The notes: generated by a model from the sequence alone, not told the origin. 64,000 bases of DNA from an uncultured Bacteroidales bacterium (GCA_963780735.1 CAWADB010000012.1:69354-133353); one strand, 5' to 3'; numbered from the stretch's first letter, positions 48,385-58,790 are shown. A program made the numbers and translations.

Positions 48385-49257
48385 ATGACTAAATTATACA
48401 AGAAACTGCTTAATCCCGACCTCTCTACCGACGAGATGAATGAAGGTGTCGCCGAAGCCAAAATGACGGTCAGCGGGGAGGAAAGGGCTGGTATTCTGAG
48501 AAATATTTTTTCATTCATCGATCTGACCAGTCTTAATACAACAGACAGTGCTCCTGCCATCCGGCGCTTTGCAGAAAAGGCTGCCTCGCTGCATCTGACC
48601 TATCAGGGCATAGACAATGTGGCAGCTCTGTGCGTATTCCCCAATTTTGCAGTACCTGCCCGTCAGGGACTTGGCGCCTGCGGGGTTAAACTGGCAGTGG
48701 TGTCATCCGCCTTCCCGACCTCACAGACCTATCTTGAGGTGAAGGTGCTGGAGACGGAAATGGCTATCAAAAACGGCGCCTCAGAGATCGATATCGTAAT
48801 CCCTGTCGGGGTGTTTCTTGAAAATGACTACCACGGTGTTATAAATGAACTGAGGACCCTGAGGGCTGCCGCAGGTAAGGCAACACTGAAAATCATACTT
48901 GAGACCGGTCTCCTTAAGGATTCCAGGAATATTTACCGCGCAGCAGTTCTGGCTATCGAATCGGGAGCCGATTTCATCAAGACGTCGACCGGGAAGAGCC
49001 AGGTATCGGCCACACCGGAGGCGGCCTGGGTTATGTGCAGGGCCATACTTGATTACTGGAACGAAACGGGAATCATGATAGGCTTCAAAGCCGCCGGAGG
49101 GATAGCTACACCTGACGAAGCTATTGTATATTATAACATCGTCAGTGAGATCCTGGGAGAAAAATGGCTCAGTCCTGAGTACTTCAGGATCGGCGCCAGC
49201 AGACTCGCAAACAGCATTCTCGGCGAACTTTATCCCGGCAGGCCTGCATTTTTTTAA
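48385..49257 (+). CDS. deoC: Deoxyribose-phosphate aldolase (long form)
   Basis: Schiff-base Lys in 'ADFIKTSTGK' and 'FKAAGGI' are present. Confidence 0.85.
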   Translation: MTKLYKKLLNPDLSTDEMNEGVAEAKMTVSGEERAGILRNIFSFIDLTSLNTTDSAPAIRRFAEKAASLHLTYQGIDNVAALCVFPNFAVPARQGLGACGVKLAVVSSAFPTSQTYLEVKVLETEMAIKNGASEIDIVIPVGVFLENDYHGVINELRTLRAAAGKATLKIILETGLLKDSRNIYRAAVLAIESGADFIKTSTGKSQVSATPEAAWVMCRAILDYWNETGIMIGFKAAGGIATPDEAIVYYNIVSEILGEKWLSPEYFRIGASRLANSILGELYPGRPAFF

Positions 49258-49266
49258 AATAGCCTG

Positions 49267-50124
49267 ATGACAGCAGAGCCCGCCGATACCACACTGGTTG
49301 CTGCTGACACTCTTCAGAGCATCAGTGCACATGATGAGTTCAGTATAGGCCGGCTTATCCCCTTTTCTGATACAGGGACCAGCCTGACTGACAAAATATT
49401 TACAGGAAAAGATTACCGGACTGACTACTATGGGCCCTCCGGGCGGGCCGAGGGCCAGCTGCACAGTCCGGATAAGGTGAGCACCGACTTCAGTTTCATC
49501 CTTCTTTCTGTCTGCCTTTTATTCATAACCCTGCTTACGGTCTTCGGAAGGAAAGCCATGATTTCCGGCTTGGCGTCTTTGAGCTTCAGGCGCCAGCCTG
49601 AAAAGTTAGTCCCTGGCACTTCGGATGTTATCTCGTGGCCGCCCATAATCAGAAACCTCTTTACAATATTCAATGTAAGCCTCTTTGCTTCGGTTTCATT
49701 ATTGCTGACAAACACCATCCGGTACGAAAGTACTTCAGCTTCAATTAAACTGACGGCAATTATATCCGGGGCTGTTCTCGCCGCCCTGATGCTCAGGCAT
49801 CTCACAAGCATTATGCTGGCAGAGGCAAGCGGATTGAAATCACTCTACCGTGAATACATGAACATCATCTACAACACCTGGTTCGCAGACTCTTTGATTC
49901 TATTTATTTTGAATGCTGTTATTTTGTTTGCTCCTGTCAATAACCCTGTTCCGTTTATCTGGGCAGGAATAATTGTTACCAGTATATTTCTGATAATGCG
50001 CGCCTTAAGACTCATGACGATTTTTCTAAACAGGCATATTTCAATTTCATATTTCATTTTGTACCTTTGTGCCCTTGAAATCTTACCCGTTCTGGTGATA
50101 ATGAAAATACTCGGTGTTTTCTGA
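49267..50124 (+). CDS. Polytopic membrane protein (DUF4271-like)
   Basis: 285 aa with about 6 TM helices, immediately upstream of hemD. The family call is by recognition only. Confidence 0.5.
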   Translation: MTAEPADTTLVAADTLQSISAHDEFSIGRLIPFSDTGTSLTDKIFTGKDYRTDYYGPSGRAEGQLHSPDKVSTDFSFILLSVCLLFITLLTVFGRKAMISGLASLSFRRQPEKLVPGTSDVISWPPIIRNLFTIFNVSLFASVSLLLTNTIRYESTSASIKLTAIISGAVLAALMLRHLTSIMLAEASGLKSLYREYMNIIYNTWFADSLILFILNAVILFAPVNNPVPFIWAGIIVTSIFLIMRALRLMTIFLNRHISISYFILYLCALEILPVLVIMKILGVF

Positions 50125-50161
50125 TCAGTCGGGCAGGTAGTGGTGGTTGAACTTAAAACTT

Positions 50162-50917
50162 ATGGATTTGAAGATAAGAAGGGTATTAGTGTCGCAGCCT
50201 GAGCCAAACAATCCTAAATCGCCTTATTTTGAGCTCGCTAAAAAATACAACCTGAAAATAGACTTCAAACAGTTTATTCAGGTGGAAGGTATACCTGCAA
50301 AAGACTTCCGGCAGCAAAAAATCAATCTCCCCGATTTTACAGCCGTGGTCTTTACCTCCAAAACAGCCATAGATCATTATTTCAGGGTTTGTGACGAGAT
50401 GCGCCTTACGGTCCCCGACACCATGAAGTATTTCTGCATCACGGAAAACGTGGCATTTTACCTGCAGAAATATATTGTCTACCGTAAAAGGAAGATCTTC
50501 CACGGGAAAGCCAAATTCGAGGATCTTATCGATATTATTGTGAAGCACAAGGATGAAAATTTCTTCGTGCCACTCTCCGATCCTCACAAAGCCGATGTCC
50601 CCGAACTGCTGAAGAAGAACAATGTCAAATTTACGATCGGCACAATGTACAAGACTATTAGCAGGGATTTTGATTCGAAGGAGCTTGACTATGACATTCT
50701 TGTGTTCTACAGTCCTTCAGGGATAAAGTCTCTGAAGGAGAATTATCCAACATTCAGGCAGGGGGAGATAAAGATAGCTGCTTTCGGACCTACTACTGCC
50801 GAGGCAGTGACCAACGAGGGTTTCAGGCTTGACATTCAGGCTCCAAACCCGAAAGCGCCCTCAATGACCATGGCGCTTGACTGTTTCATTCATGATTTTA
50901 ACAGAAACAACAAATAA
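50162..50917 (+). CDS. hemD: Uroporphyrinogen-III synthase-like protein
   Basis: About 251 aa with the pattern 'VLVSQPEP...SPYFELAKKY...VFTSKTAIDHYF'. I prefer the ATG at 50162 over the TTG at 50147. Confidence 0.7.
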   Translation: MDLKIRRVLVSQPEPNNPKSPYFELAKKYNLKIDFKQFIQVEGIPAKDFRQQKINLPDFTAVVFTSKTAIDHYFRVCDEMRLTVPDTMKYFCITENVAFYLQKYIVYRKRKIFHGKAKFEDLIDIIVKHKDENFFVPLSDPHKADVPELLKKNNVKFTIGTMYKTISRDFDSKELDYDILVFYSPSGIKSLKENYPTFRQGEIKIAAFGPTTAEAVTNEGFRLDIQAPNPKAPSMTMALDCFIHDFNRNNK

Positions 50918-50986
50918 GTCTGATTCCGGATAACACCACTGATGAAAGCATCCATCCTGCCGGATCGATGCTTTCTCTTTATCAAG

Positions 50987-51376
50987 ATGAGACAAAAAGG
51001 GGCGACATTCACAAAAGGAGAGAAACTCTGTGGCGTTAAAACCATCAGCGATCTTTTTTCAGGGGGCAGGCCACTTAACCAGCCGCCCCTGAGGGTTATT
51101 TACAGGTTCATGCCGGAAGACCCGTCCCTGGAGCCCGTCAGGGTACTGATTTCAGTGCCTAAAAGATACTTCCGGAAAGCTGTCGACCGGAACCTCATTA
51201 AAAGACGCCTCAGAGAGGCCTACCGGCAGAATAAAATGCCTCTCGTCAGTTCACTTCCCGGCAGTGGCAAACGTCTTGATATGGCAATAATATGGAATGA
51301 CACAGTCATTCAGCCTTATGCTCTGACCGAGAAGTGTGTCAAAGAGGTGATCGGAAAACTGTCACATCTTATGTGA
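50987..51376 (+). CDS. rnpA: Ribonuclease P protein component
   Basis: Basic, about 129 aa, with 'KAVDRNLIKRRLREAYR'. I prefer the start MRQKGATF. Confidence 0.82.
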   Translation: MRQKGATFTKGEKLCGVKTISDLFSGGRPLNQPPLRVIYRFMPEDPSLEPVRVLISVPKRYFRKAVDRNLIKRRLREAYRQNKMPLVSSLPGSGKRLDMAIIWNDTVIQPYALTEKCVKEVIGKLSHLM

Positions 51377-51404
51377 AATATTAACTTTGTGAAAATCTTT
51401 TTTT

Positions 51405-53075
51405 ATGAGCTCCGGAAAAACAAAAAGAATCATATTGCTGTCCCTGACCTTGGTTACGGCCGCACTGACATACGGCTTCCTGGCCGGTGGTCAGGAGAGC
51501 AAGGACTTCAAGCTTACAAAGAATCTTGACATTTATATCTCACTTTTCAGGGAGCTGAATGCCTTCTATGTCGATGAAATTGATCCGGAAAAACTTGTCA
51601 CAAAAAGTATAAACGGAATGCTTTCAACCCTCGATCCGTATACTGTTTATTATCCGGAGGAGGATACCGGGGACCTTGAATTTATGACCACCGGGAAATA
51701 CGGAGGCTTCGGATCACTTATAAGAAAATCCGGTGATTATATCACTGTGACAAATGTTTACAAAGGATTCCCGGCTGATCTCAACGGTATAAAACCGGGA
51801 GATGTCATGATCAGCATTGATGGTATCTCACTCAAGGACGTATCGTCAGACAAGGCCTCCGGCATGCTTAAGGGAGAACCCGGCACAGAAGCTGAAATAG
51901 TGATCAGACAAAATGGCACAGAGCTCACAAAAAAGCTTAAGCGGGAAAAGATTTCAATCTCTGCAGTTCCATATTACGGGATGATAGACAGTAACACGGG
52001 TTATATCCGCTTCACAAATTTCACCCAGAACTGCATCTCGGAAGTGAAGGATGCCCTTGTTGACCTGAAAGAGAAGCAGGGAGCGCAGGACCTCATACTG
52101 GATATCAGAAATAATCCCGGAGGCCTTGTAAATGAGGCTGTTGAAATAGTTAACCTGTTCGTTAAACCCGGACAGGAGGTTGTCAGTACACGCGGCAGGG
52201 CAAAGCAGTATGATGCCGTCTTCCGTACAAACAAAAATCCCGTAGCACCTGACATGCCGGTGGTTGTTCTGATCAACCGTGCGTCAGCCTCAGCTTCGGA
52301 AATAGTAGCCGGGGCGCTGCAGGATCTTGACCGCGGCATTATCGTCGGCGAACGGTCGTACGGCAAGGGGCTGGTCCAGGTGGCAAGACCGCTGAGCTAC
52401 AAGGCACAGGTGAAGATCACCACAGCAAAGTATTACATACCGAGTGGCAGATGTATCCAGGCAGTCGATTTTTCTCATCCCAATGAAGACGGCAGCGTAG
52501 GATATATTCCTGATTCACTGATAAAAACGTTTATGACAAAGAACGGCAGGCCCGTGAAAGACGGCGGTGGTATAATCCCTGACGTTGCAGTGCCGTCAGA
52601 CATGCTCACCCGCTTCACAAGCGAGCTTTATGTCCAGAACATGGTCTTTGACTATTCCACGAAGTATTTCTGGTCCCATCCTGTGCCGTCGGTGATTGAC
52701 AGCCTCAGGGTGACTGAGAGCGACCTCGCAGATTTTGCTTCTTTCCTGAAAGAGAAGAACTTCAGCTATCAGACAGACTCGGAGGCCGCTCTTGAAGATC
52801 TGGTTGCAGTGGCCAGGGAAGAACAGCTGTACGATTCGAATGTTGAAACTATTGACAAGCTTAAGGCAGGGATGAGCCACTCCCTGGAAAAGGACCTGGA
52901 TACACAGAAGCGTGATGTGACTGAATTGCTGGAATCAGAACTTGCAGGAAGATATTTTTACGATGCAGGAATGGTGAAATATTCACTTTCCCGTGACAAC
53001 CAGGTCATGGAGGCTGTCAGGATAGCTGAAGACGGAGCACGTTACAAATCGCTTCTTCTGACACCTGTGAAGTAG
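51405..53075 (+). CDS. ctp: S41 carboxy-terminal processing peptidase
   Basis: PDZ segment ('GFPADLNGIKPGDVMISIDG') and the catalytic region 'RNNPGGLV...NRASASASEIVAGALQD...GERSYGKG'. Confidence 0.9.
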   Translation: MSSGKTKRIILLSLTLVTAALTYGFLAGGQESKDFKLTKNLDIYISLFRELNAFYVDEIDPEKLVTKSINGMLSTLDPYTVYYPEEDTGDLEFMTTGKYGGFGSLIRKSGDYITVTNVYKGFPADLNGIKPGDVMISIDGISLKDVSSDKASGMLKGEPGTEAEIVIRQNGTELTKKLKREKISISAVPYYGMIDSNTGYIRFTNFTQNCISEVKDALVDLKEKQGAQDLILDIRNNPGGLVNEAVEIVNLFVKPGQEVVSTRGRAKQYDAVFRTNKNPVAPDMPVVVLINRASASASEIVAGALQDLDRGIIVGERSYGKGLVQVARPLSYKAQVKITTAKYYIPSGRCIQAVDFSHPNEDGSVGYIPDSLIKTFMTKNGRPVKDGGGIIPDVAVPSDMLTRFTSELYVQNMVFDYSTKYFWSHPVPSVIDSLRVTESDLADFASFLKEKNFSYQTDSEAALEDLVAVAREEQLYDSNVETIDKLKAGMSHSLEKDLDTQKRDVTELLESELAGRYFYDAGMVKYSLSRDNQVMEAVRIAEDGARYKSLLLTPVK

Positions 53076-53082
53076 TCTTCTT

Positions 53083-53484
53083 TCAGAATATTTCTTTTTT
53101 CCAGACGGGAAGTTTCTCCTTCACCATCTCAATGGCGTGCCGGCAGGCCCGTGTGGCATGATCACGGTGCCCGGATGTGATCATTATAAACAATGAAGCT
53201 TCGCCTGCTTTAACTATCCCGGTCGAATGAACAATAATAACCAACTTTACGTCGCTGAACGCTAACTTTATGGTGCTGACGATTTCATCTGCCTCCTTTA
53301 CGGCCATTTCTTCATAGGCTGAATATTCCAGCGCCCTGACCCTCTTTCCGTCAACCTCGTCGTTGCGTACTTTGCCAATGAATACAGAAACTGCACCTGC
53401 GCCCGGATCATTATTACCAGATGTCATCAGTTCAGAAATATGCAGAGGTGTTATTGGACCCCCGACAAAATAGCTGGTTTTCAT
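53083..53484 (-). CDS. moaE: Molybdopterin synthase catalytic subunit MoaE-like
   Basis: 'GAVSVFIGKVRN', 'ALEYSAYEEMA' and 'HRDHATRACRHAIEMVKEKLPVWKKE' are present. Confidence 0.85.
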   Translation of the reverse strand: MKTSYFVGGPITPLHISELMTSGNNDPGAGAVSVFIGKVRNDEVDGKRVRALEYSAYEEMAVKEADEIVSTIKLAFSDVKLVIIVHSTGIVKAGEASLFIMITSGHRDHATRACRHAIEMVKEKLPVWKKEIF

Positions 53485-53494
53485 TTTGCGGTTT

Positions 53495-53731
53495 TTATCC
53501 TCCTTCGAACGGAGGAAGGATTGCAACTATATCATTGTCCTTCAATAGGCCCTCTTCTTTAAGCACTCTGCTGTTCAGAGCCAGCAGGAAGGGTAAGGCC
53601 GCCATGCGGGGATATTTATCCAGTACCATGCTGCGCAGAGACGAGGTATCTCCGGCCGTAAATTCTTCCGAGTCCGTACCCGTTATTCCCCGGGCCGGGC
53701 CGAAATAAAGCACTTTTATCCTGGCTTCCAT
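53495..53731 (-). CDS. moaD: MoaD/ThiS-family sulfur-carrier protein
   Basis: 78 aa beta-grasp-sized protein ending '...ILPPFEGG' (C-terminal Gly-Gly). Confidence 0.8.
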   Translation of the reverse strand: MEARIKVLYFGPARGITGTDSEEFTAGDTSSLRSMVLDKYPRMAALPFLLALNSRVLKEEGLLKDNDIVAILPPFEGG

Positions 53732-53733
53732 TA

Positions 53734-56562
53734 TCAGTGTGCCTCCAGCCAGTTATTGCCGGTTCCAGTATCAACTTCAAGCGGAACGCTGAGTGAAGCG
53801 GCTCCCTTCATTTCTGACGTGACTATCTGCTTCAGCTTGTCAACTGATGAAACCTCAACTTCGAAAATCAGCTCATCATGCACCTGGAGTATCATTTTTG
53901 CCTCAGGCATTTCTTTCTCCAGCCGCCCGGCAATTTTGACCATCGCAATTTTAATGATATCGGCGGCACTGCCCTGCAGGGGCGCGTTGATGGCGTTTCG
54001 CTCGGCGTTGCCTCTCACCACCTGATTTCGTGATTGAATATCAGGAACATAGCGACGGCGGCCAAACATTGTGGTGACATATCCAAGTTCCCTGGCTTTA
54101 CGAATACTGTCATCCATATAAGCCTTGACGCCGGGGTAAGAGTTGAAATACCCGTCGATCAGCTCTTTGGCTTCCTTCCGCCCGATGGTAAGCCTCTCAG
54201 AGAGCCCGAAGGCGGAGATGCCGTAGATAATGCCGAAATTGGCCGTCTTGGCCTTTGCGCGCATCTCACGGGTCACGTCTGTCACAGGAACATGGAAGAT
54301 CTTGGCTGCGGTGGCAGCATGAATATCCTGTCCCGAAAGAAAATCCGAAATCATGCCTTTATCACCGCTGAGGTGCGCCATCAGCCTGAGCTCAATCTGT
54401 GAATAATCAGCGCTGAGGAAGACTTTTCCGGCAGCAGGAATGAAGGCTTTGCGTATCTCGCGGCCTTCCTCATCACGCACCGGGATATTCTGGAGGTTAG
54501 GATTGGTTGAGCTTAATCTCCCGGTGGATGCGACTGCCTGGTTATATGTGGTATGTATTCTTCCGGTTTTCCTGTCGATCAGTTCCGGGAGCGATTCCAC
54601 ATAGGTTGAAAGAAGCTTTTTAAGGCCCCGGTATTCGAGGACCTTGCCCACCACCGGATGCTTTGATGTGAGGCGCTGCAACACTTCCTCGTCAGTACGG
54701 AATTGCCTGGTCTTTGTAAGCCTTGCCTGGTCGTCGAGGTGCAGCCTGACGAACAGTATGTCTCCCAGCTGTTTCGGCGAGGAGATATTGAACTCCTGTC
54801 CCGCCAGGGCATAAATTTCTTTTTCAAGCCTGATTATGGTCTCCCGGAGCCCGACGGCATAATTCTTCAACACCGTCACGTCAATCAGAATGCCTTCCCT
54901 CTCCATGCCTGCCAGTACCCTGATAAGAGGCATCTCAATCTCAGTGGCAAGTTTTTCCAGTCCTTCTTTCCGCAGCTCAGGCTCAAATTTTTCTTTGAGC
55001 TGCCAGGTTATATCGGCGTCCTCCACGGCATATTCCCTGATTTTGTCCTTGTCAACGTCCCTCATTGTTTTCTGGCGGGGCCCGCGTTCACCGATAAGCT
55101 CTTCAATATGTATAGTATTGTAATTGAGGTACTTTAAAGCAAGCATATCCATGTTATGCCGCATGTCAGGTTCAAGCAGGTAATGCGCCAGCATAGTGTC
55201 AAACAGCGGGCCCCTGACGCTGATGCCATAACCCGACAGAACATGGATGTCATATTTCAGGTTCTGACCAATCTTTCCTATTTTTTCGTTTTCAAAAACC
55301 GGGCGGAATGGATTGAGCAGTTTCAGTGTTTCGTTTCTGTCTGCCGGGAGCCAGAGCATTGTTCCCGAACCCTTTTCCCAGCTGAAAGTAACAGCTACCA
55401 GGTCTGCGTTCAGGGGATCAAGAGAGGTGGTCTCGGTGTCAAAGCAAAACTCGCTGAGGCGGCTCAGGGTGAGAGCCAGGGCTTCTGCCTGTTCAAAAGT
55501 CTCTGCAGTGAAATATTCATGAGGTGTGATGCCGGCCGTGGCGGCTGCCTTTTGATCATTTGATACAGTCTCCCCGAAGAGAGTGCCCTGAGCCTGCTGA
55601 GCCAGCTGCGCCGGTTGTTGCGTGGTGAAGGCCGTTACACCCGTGGTTTCAGCAGCGGGTATCTCCTGCTGAGTGTCCGGCCTGCCCAGCCGCGCAGCCA
55701 GGGTGCGAAACTCAAGCTCTTCATATAATTTGCGCAACAATCCTGTATCCGGGCTCTGCCTGTGAAGCAACTCATGCCTGAATTCAACCGGGACATCCTG
55801 TTCTATTGTCGCAAGCCGTTTTGACAGCAGTATCTGCTCACGGTTTTGTTCAAGGATGTCCTTCTGGCGGCCGGAGAGCTCAGAAGTCTTCTGCAGCAGT
55901 GTTTCTATGTCACCGTGTTCTCCGATCAGTTTACAGGCCGTTTTCGGGCCTATTCCGGGGGCTCCGGGGATATTGTCTGAACTGTCGCCCATGAGGCCAA
56001 GCAGGTCAGTGATATGATCGGGGCCGACACCATATTCCCTTATAATTTCATTTTTACCCCATATCTCAGCCTCTCCTCCGCCTCGCCCCGGCCTGTACAT
56101 CAGCACTTTATCAGTCACAAGCTGGGCAAAGTCCTTGTCAGGTGTCATCATGTACGCTGTATATCCCTGTTCGGCAGCCTTGCGGGCAAGTGTGCCGATG
56201 ACATCATCAGCCTCAAAGCCCGGTACTTCCATTACCGGAATGCGGTATGCCTCAAGCAGCCTTTTTATATAGGGAACTGCGATCTTAATATCCTCGGGGG
56301 TTGCATCACGGTTGGCCTTGTAGGCAGGATAGATTTCATTCCGGAAGGCCGATCCTCCGGGCGGATCAAATACGACTGCAATATGCGTCGGTTTCTGCTT
56401 TGCAAGCAGCTCATCAAGGGTAAGAAGGAAGCCGAAAACAGCCGAGGTGTTCATCCCGGCAGATGTGACCCTGGGATTTTTAATAAATGCATAATATGAC
56501 CTGAATATCAGGGCATAAGCGTCAAGCAGGAAAAGCCTTTTATCGTTGTCTGTCTCTGTCAC
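53734..56562 (-). CDS. polA: DNA polymerase I
   Basis: 942 aa. It has a 5'-nuclease N-terminus, a 3'-5' exonuclease domain, and the polymerase motifs 'DYSQIELRLMAHLS' and 'QVHDELIFEV'. Confidence 0.97.
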   Translation of the reverse strand: MTETDNDKRLFLLDAYALIFRSYYAFIKNPRVTSAGMNTSAVFGFLLTLDELLAKQKPTHIAVVFDPPGGSAFRNEIYPAYKANRDATPEDIKIAVPYIKRLLEAYRIPVMEVPGFEADDVIGTLARKAAEQGYTAYMMTPDKDFAQLVTDKVLMYRPGRGGGEAEIWGKNEIIREYGVGPDHITDLLGLMGDSSDNIPGAPGIGPKTACKLIGEHGDIETLLQKTSELSGRQKDILEQNREQILLSKRLATIEQDVPVEFRHELLHRQSPDTGLLRKLYEELEFRTLAARLGRPDTQQEIPAAETTGVTAFTTQQPAQLAQQAQGTLFGETVSNDQKAAATAGITPHEYFTAETFEQAEALALTLSRLSEFCFDTETTSLDPLNADLVAVTFSWEKGSGTMLWLPADRNETLKLLNPFRPVFENEKIGKIGQNLKYDIHVLSGYGISVRGPLFDTMLAHYLLEPDMRHNMDMLALKYLNYNTIHIEELIGERGPRQKTMRDVDKDKIREYAVEDADITWQLKEKFEPELRKEGLEKLATEIEMPLIRVLAGMEREGILIDVTVLKNYAVGLRETIIRLEKEIYALAGQEFNISSPKQLGDILFVRLHLDDQARLTKTRQFRTDEEVLQRLTSKHPVVGKVLEYRGLKKLLSTYVESLPELIDRKTGRIHTTYNQAVASTGRLSSTNPNLQNIPVRDEEGREIRKAFIPAAGKVFLSADYSQIELRLMAHLSGDKGMISDFLSGQDIHAATAAKIFHVPVTDVTREMRAKAKTANFGIIYGISAFGLSERLTIGRKEAKELIDGYFNSYPGVKAYMDDSIRKARELGYVTTMFGRRRYVPDIQSRNQVVRGNAERNAINAPLQGSAADIIKIAMVKIAGRLEKEMPEAKMILQVHDELIFEVEVSSVDKLKQIVTSEMKGAASLSVPLEVDTGTGNNWLEAH

Positions 56563-57008
56563 CGGTTGTCAGTTGCGTGCCATTCGGCAAATGATGTGGC
56601 TGTTTCATAAAGCTTTACACTGTGAAGGGAAATCCCGTCAGGTATCCTCGGGCTGATGATGCCCGCAATATCCGCCACAAGATTTTCACATGTCGGCTGG
56701 TAAGGCGAAACAATGACGTTTCCAAAATGCTTTTTATATACCTCAACTGTCTCTGCCGGCGCAAAACCAGAGACCATAAGCGAATGATCAAACCTGTCGA
56801 CAACACTCTCCTTTACAATTTTCTTCAGATCGCCGAAGTCTATCACCATGCCGTTCCTGGGCTCACCGGGATTGTTCATGGGCTGACCTGTAAGGGTTAC
56901 ATAAAGAATGTATGAATGTCCGTGGACGTTACGGCAGGGGCCGTCATAATTCCACAGCGCATGGGCCATTTCAAAACGAAATTCCTTTGTTACACGGATT
57001 ACAGTCAT
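56559..57008 (-). CDS. queD: 6-carboxy-5,6,7,8-tetrahydropterin synthase (PTPS family)
   Basis: 149 aa with 'FEMAHAL', 'CRNVHGHSY' and 'DHSLM'. It overlaps polA by 4 nt. Confidence 0.88.
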   Translation of the reverse strand: MTVIRVTKEFRFEMAHALWNYDGPCRNVHGHSYILYVTLTGQPMNNPGEPRNGMVIDFGDLKKIVKESVVDRFDHSLMVSGFAPAETVEVYKKHFGNVIVSPYQPTCENLVADIAGIISPRIPDGISLHSVKLYETATSFAEWHATDNR

Positions 57009-57029
57009 TTATTTCAGCATTGGTGGTCA

Positions 57030-57037
57030 CAAAATTA
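57030..57037 (-). promoter_or_regulatory. Candidate -7 box (TAATTTTG) for queD-polA-moaDE
   Basis: Exact TAnnTTTG match on the minus strand, 21 nt upstream of the queD ATG. Confidence 0.4.
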
Positions 57038-57120
57038 AACTATTTAACAAGATTATTGTTTTACAGGGAATTTCACACTGATAATTACGTTGTTAAATGT
57101 CAGTCGTTAGTTTAAAACAG

Positions 57121-57128
57121 TACCTTTG
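57121..57128 (+). promoter_or_regulatory. Candidate -7 box (TACCTTTG) for the acyl-CoA ligase gene
   Basis: Exact TAnnTTTG match 21 nt upstream of the ATG at 57150. Confidence 0.4.
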
Positions 57129-57149
57129 TGCCCAATTCATAAACAATCA

Positions 57150-58790
57150 ATGGAATATAACAAAGTATTAACCATCCCATTCCTTGCCGGGGAAAGCTTC
57201 AGGAAGCATGGCGGTAACAAGGCAATGGGTTTTGTCGGAGAAGAGGTTATTACATATGACCAGCTTAAAGGTACAGTAGAGTCAGTCATGGCTTTACTTG
57301 AAAAATATTCTGTTCAGAAAGGCGATAAAGTGGCAATTCTCAGCGGAGGTATGCCAAACTGGGGCGCCATCTATCTTGCCGTCACCTCGATGGGAGCAGT
57401 TGTAGTGCCTGTTCTTAACGATTTCACGCCCGGAGAAATATCAAATGTTCTGACACACTCAGGAACAAAGATGATTTTTGTCTCGGGTGCGCTTGAGCCA
57501 AAAATTGCTGACTTCACCTCGGATACGCTTACTGCTGTTGTTTCAACTGATGATTTTTCAGTTTTGTCGGGGTTCAACGGAACGGTTTATGACCCTGAAA
57601 TGAAGCCTGTAAAAGAATATCCTGTCGAAGAAGAAGACCTGGCAGCCATAATTTATACTTCCGGAACAACCGGAAAATCAAAAGGGGTTATGCTCACCCA
57701 CAAGAACATCTGCTTTACAGCTGAACAGGTTCTTACCATTCAGCATGTAGTTGAAACTGATGTGTTCCTTTCAATCCTGCCGCTTTCACACACTTATGAG
57801 CAGACGCTTGGCCTGATCCTCCCGCTGTTTAACGGAGCATCAATTTACTATCTGCACAAGGCGCCTACGCCGTCAGTGCTTCTCCCGGCCCTTGAAGTGG
57901 TAAAACCAACCACTATGCTTACAGTGCCGCTCATCATGGAGAAAATATATTTCGGTAAGATCGCCCCAACATTCAATAAAAGCAAAGTATTATCCTACCT
58001 GTATCATACGGCTCCCGGCCGCAAATTTTTCAACCGTTTAGCCGGTAAGAAGCTTTATAAGACCTTTGGCGGAAGACTAAGGTTTTTCGGTATTGGAGGA
58101 GCAAAGCTGAATCCGACTGTTGAGAAGTTCCTGCTTGATGCCAAATTTCCGTATGCCATCGGTTACGGTCTCACCGAAACGGCGCCGATGCTTGCAGGAA
58201 CAAAGGTTGGTTCCACTAAACTGGGTTCAACCGGCCCCGCAATGGAAGGTGTAACCCTTAAAATACACAATCCCGACCGCGTAACCGGCGAAGGAGAAGT
58301 ATGGGCCAGGGGAGACAATGTGATGAAAGGCTATTTCAATGAACCGCAGATGACAGCCGAAGTGATGACTCCCGATGGCTGGTTCCGCACCGGCGACCTG
58401 GGCACAATGGATAAAGACAACTTCCTGAGTATCAAGGGGAGGCTGAAAAACATGATCGTCAGCTCAAGCGGTGAGAATATATATCCCGAAGAGATAGAAT
58501 CTGTCATCAACGACTTCAGCCATGTGATTGAATCACTTGTCGTGCAGCAGAAGGGTAAGCTTGTTGCGATGGTGCATATCAATATCGAGGAGCTGCAGGC
58601 AAAATACCATTCGATGAAGAAAGAGTATTCGGAAAAGGCCGGGGAGATGATAGACGAGTACCTTGAGGAGATCCGCAGGTATGTAAATTCCAAAGTAAAT
58701 AAGTTCAGCCAGGTTCAGCTCGTAGTCTATCAGCCGGAGCCTTTTCAGAAAACAGCAACCCTTAAGATTAAAAGGTTTCTGTATTACTGA
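57150..58790 (+). CDS. fadD: Long-chain fatty-acid--CoA ligase (AMP-binding family)
   Basis: AMP-binding motif 'YTSGTTGKSKGVMLTHKN', plus 'GYGLTET' and 'GWFRTGDLG'. Confidence 0.9.
   Translation: MEYNKVLTIPFLAGESFRKHGGNKAMGFVGEEVITYDQLKGTVESVMALLEKYSVQKGDKVAILSGGMPNWGAIYLAVTSMGAVVVPVLNDFTPGEISNVLTHSGTKMIFVSGALEPKIADFTSDTLTAVVSTDDFSVLSGFNGTVYDPEMKPVKEYPVEEEDLAAIIYTSGTTGKSKGVMLTHKNICFTAEQVLTIQHVVETDVFLSILPLSHTYEQTLGLILPLFNGASIYYLHKAPTPSVLLPALEVVKPTTMLTVPLIMEKIYFGKIAPTFNKSKVLSYLYHTAPGRKFFNRLAGKKLYKTFGGRLRFFGIGGAKLNPTVEKFLLDAKFPYAIGYGLTETAPMLAGTKVGSTKLGSTGPAMEGVTLKIHNPDRVTGEGEVWARGDNVMKGYFNEPQMTAEVMTPDGWFRTGDLGTMDKDNFLSIKGRLKNMIVSSSGENIYPEEIESVINDFSHVIESLVVQQKGKLVAMVHINIEELQAKYHSMKKEYSEKAGEMIDEYLEEIRRYVNSKVNKFSQVQLVVYQPEPFQKTATLKIKRFLYY

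Noticed and set aside
48781-49464. 227-aa ORF antisense to deoC and the DUF4271-like gene
   Set aside because: It spans the boundary of two well-supported plus-strand genes (deoC has its Schiff-base Lys motif). It has no recognisable features.
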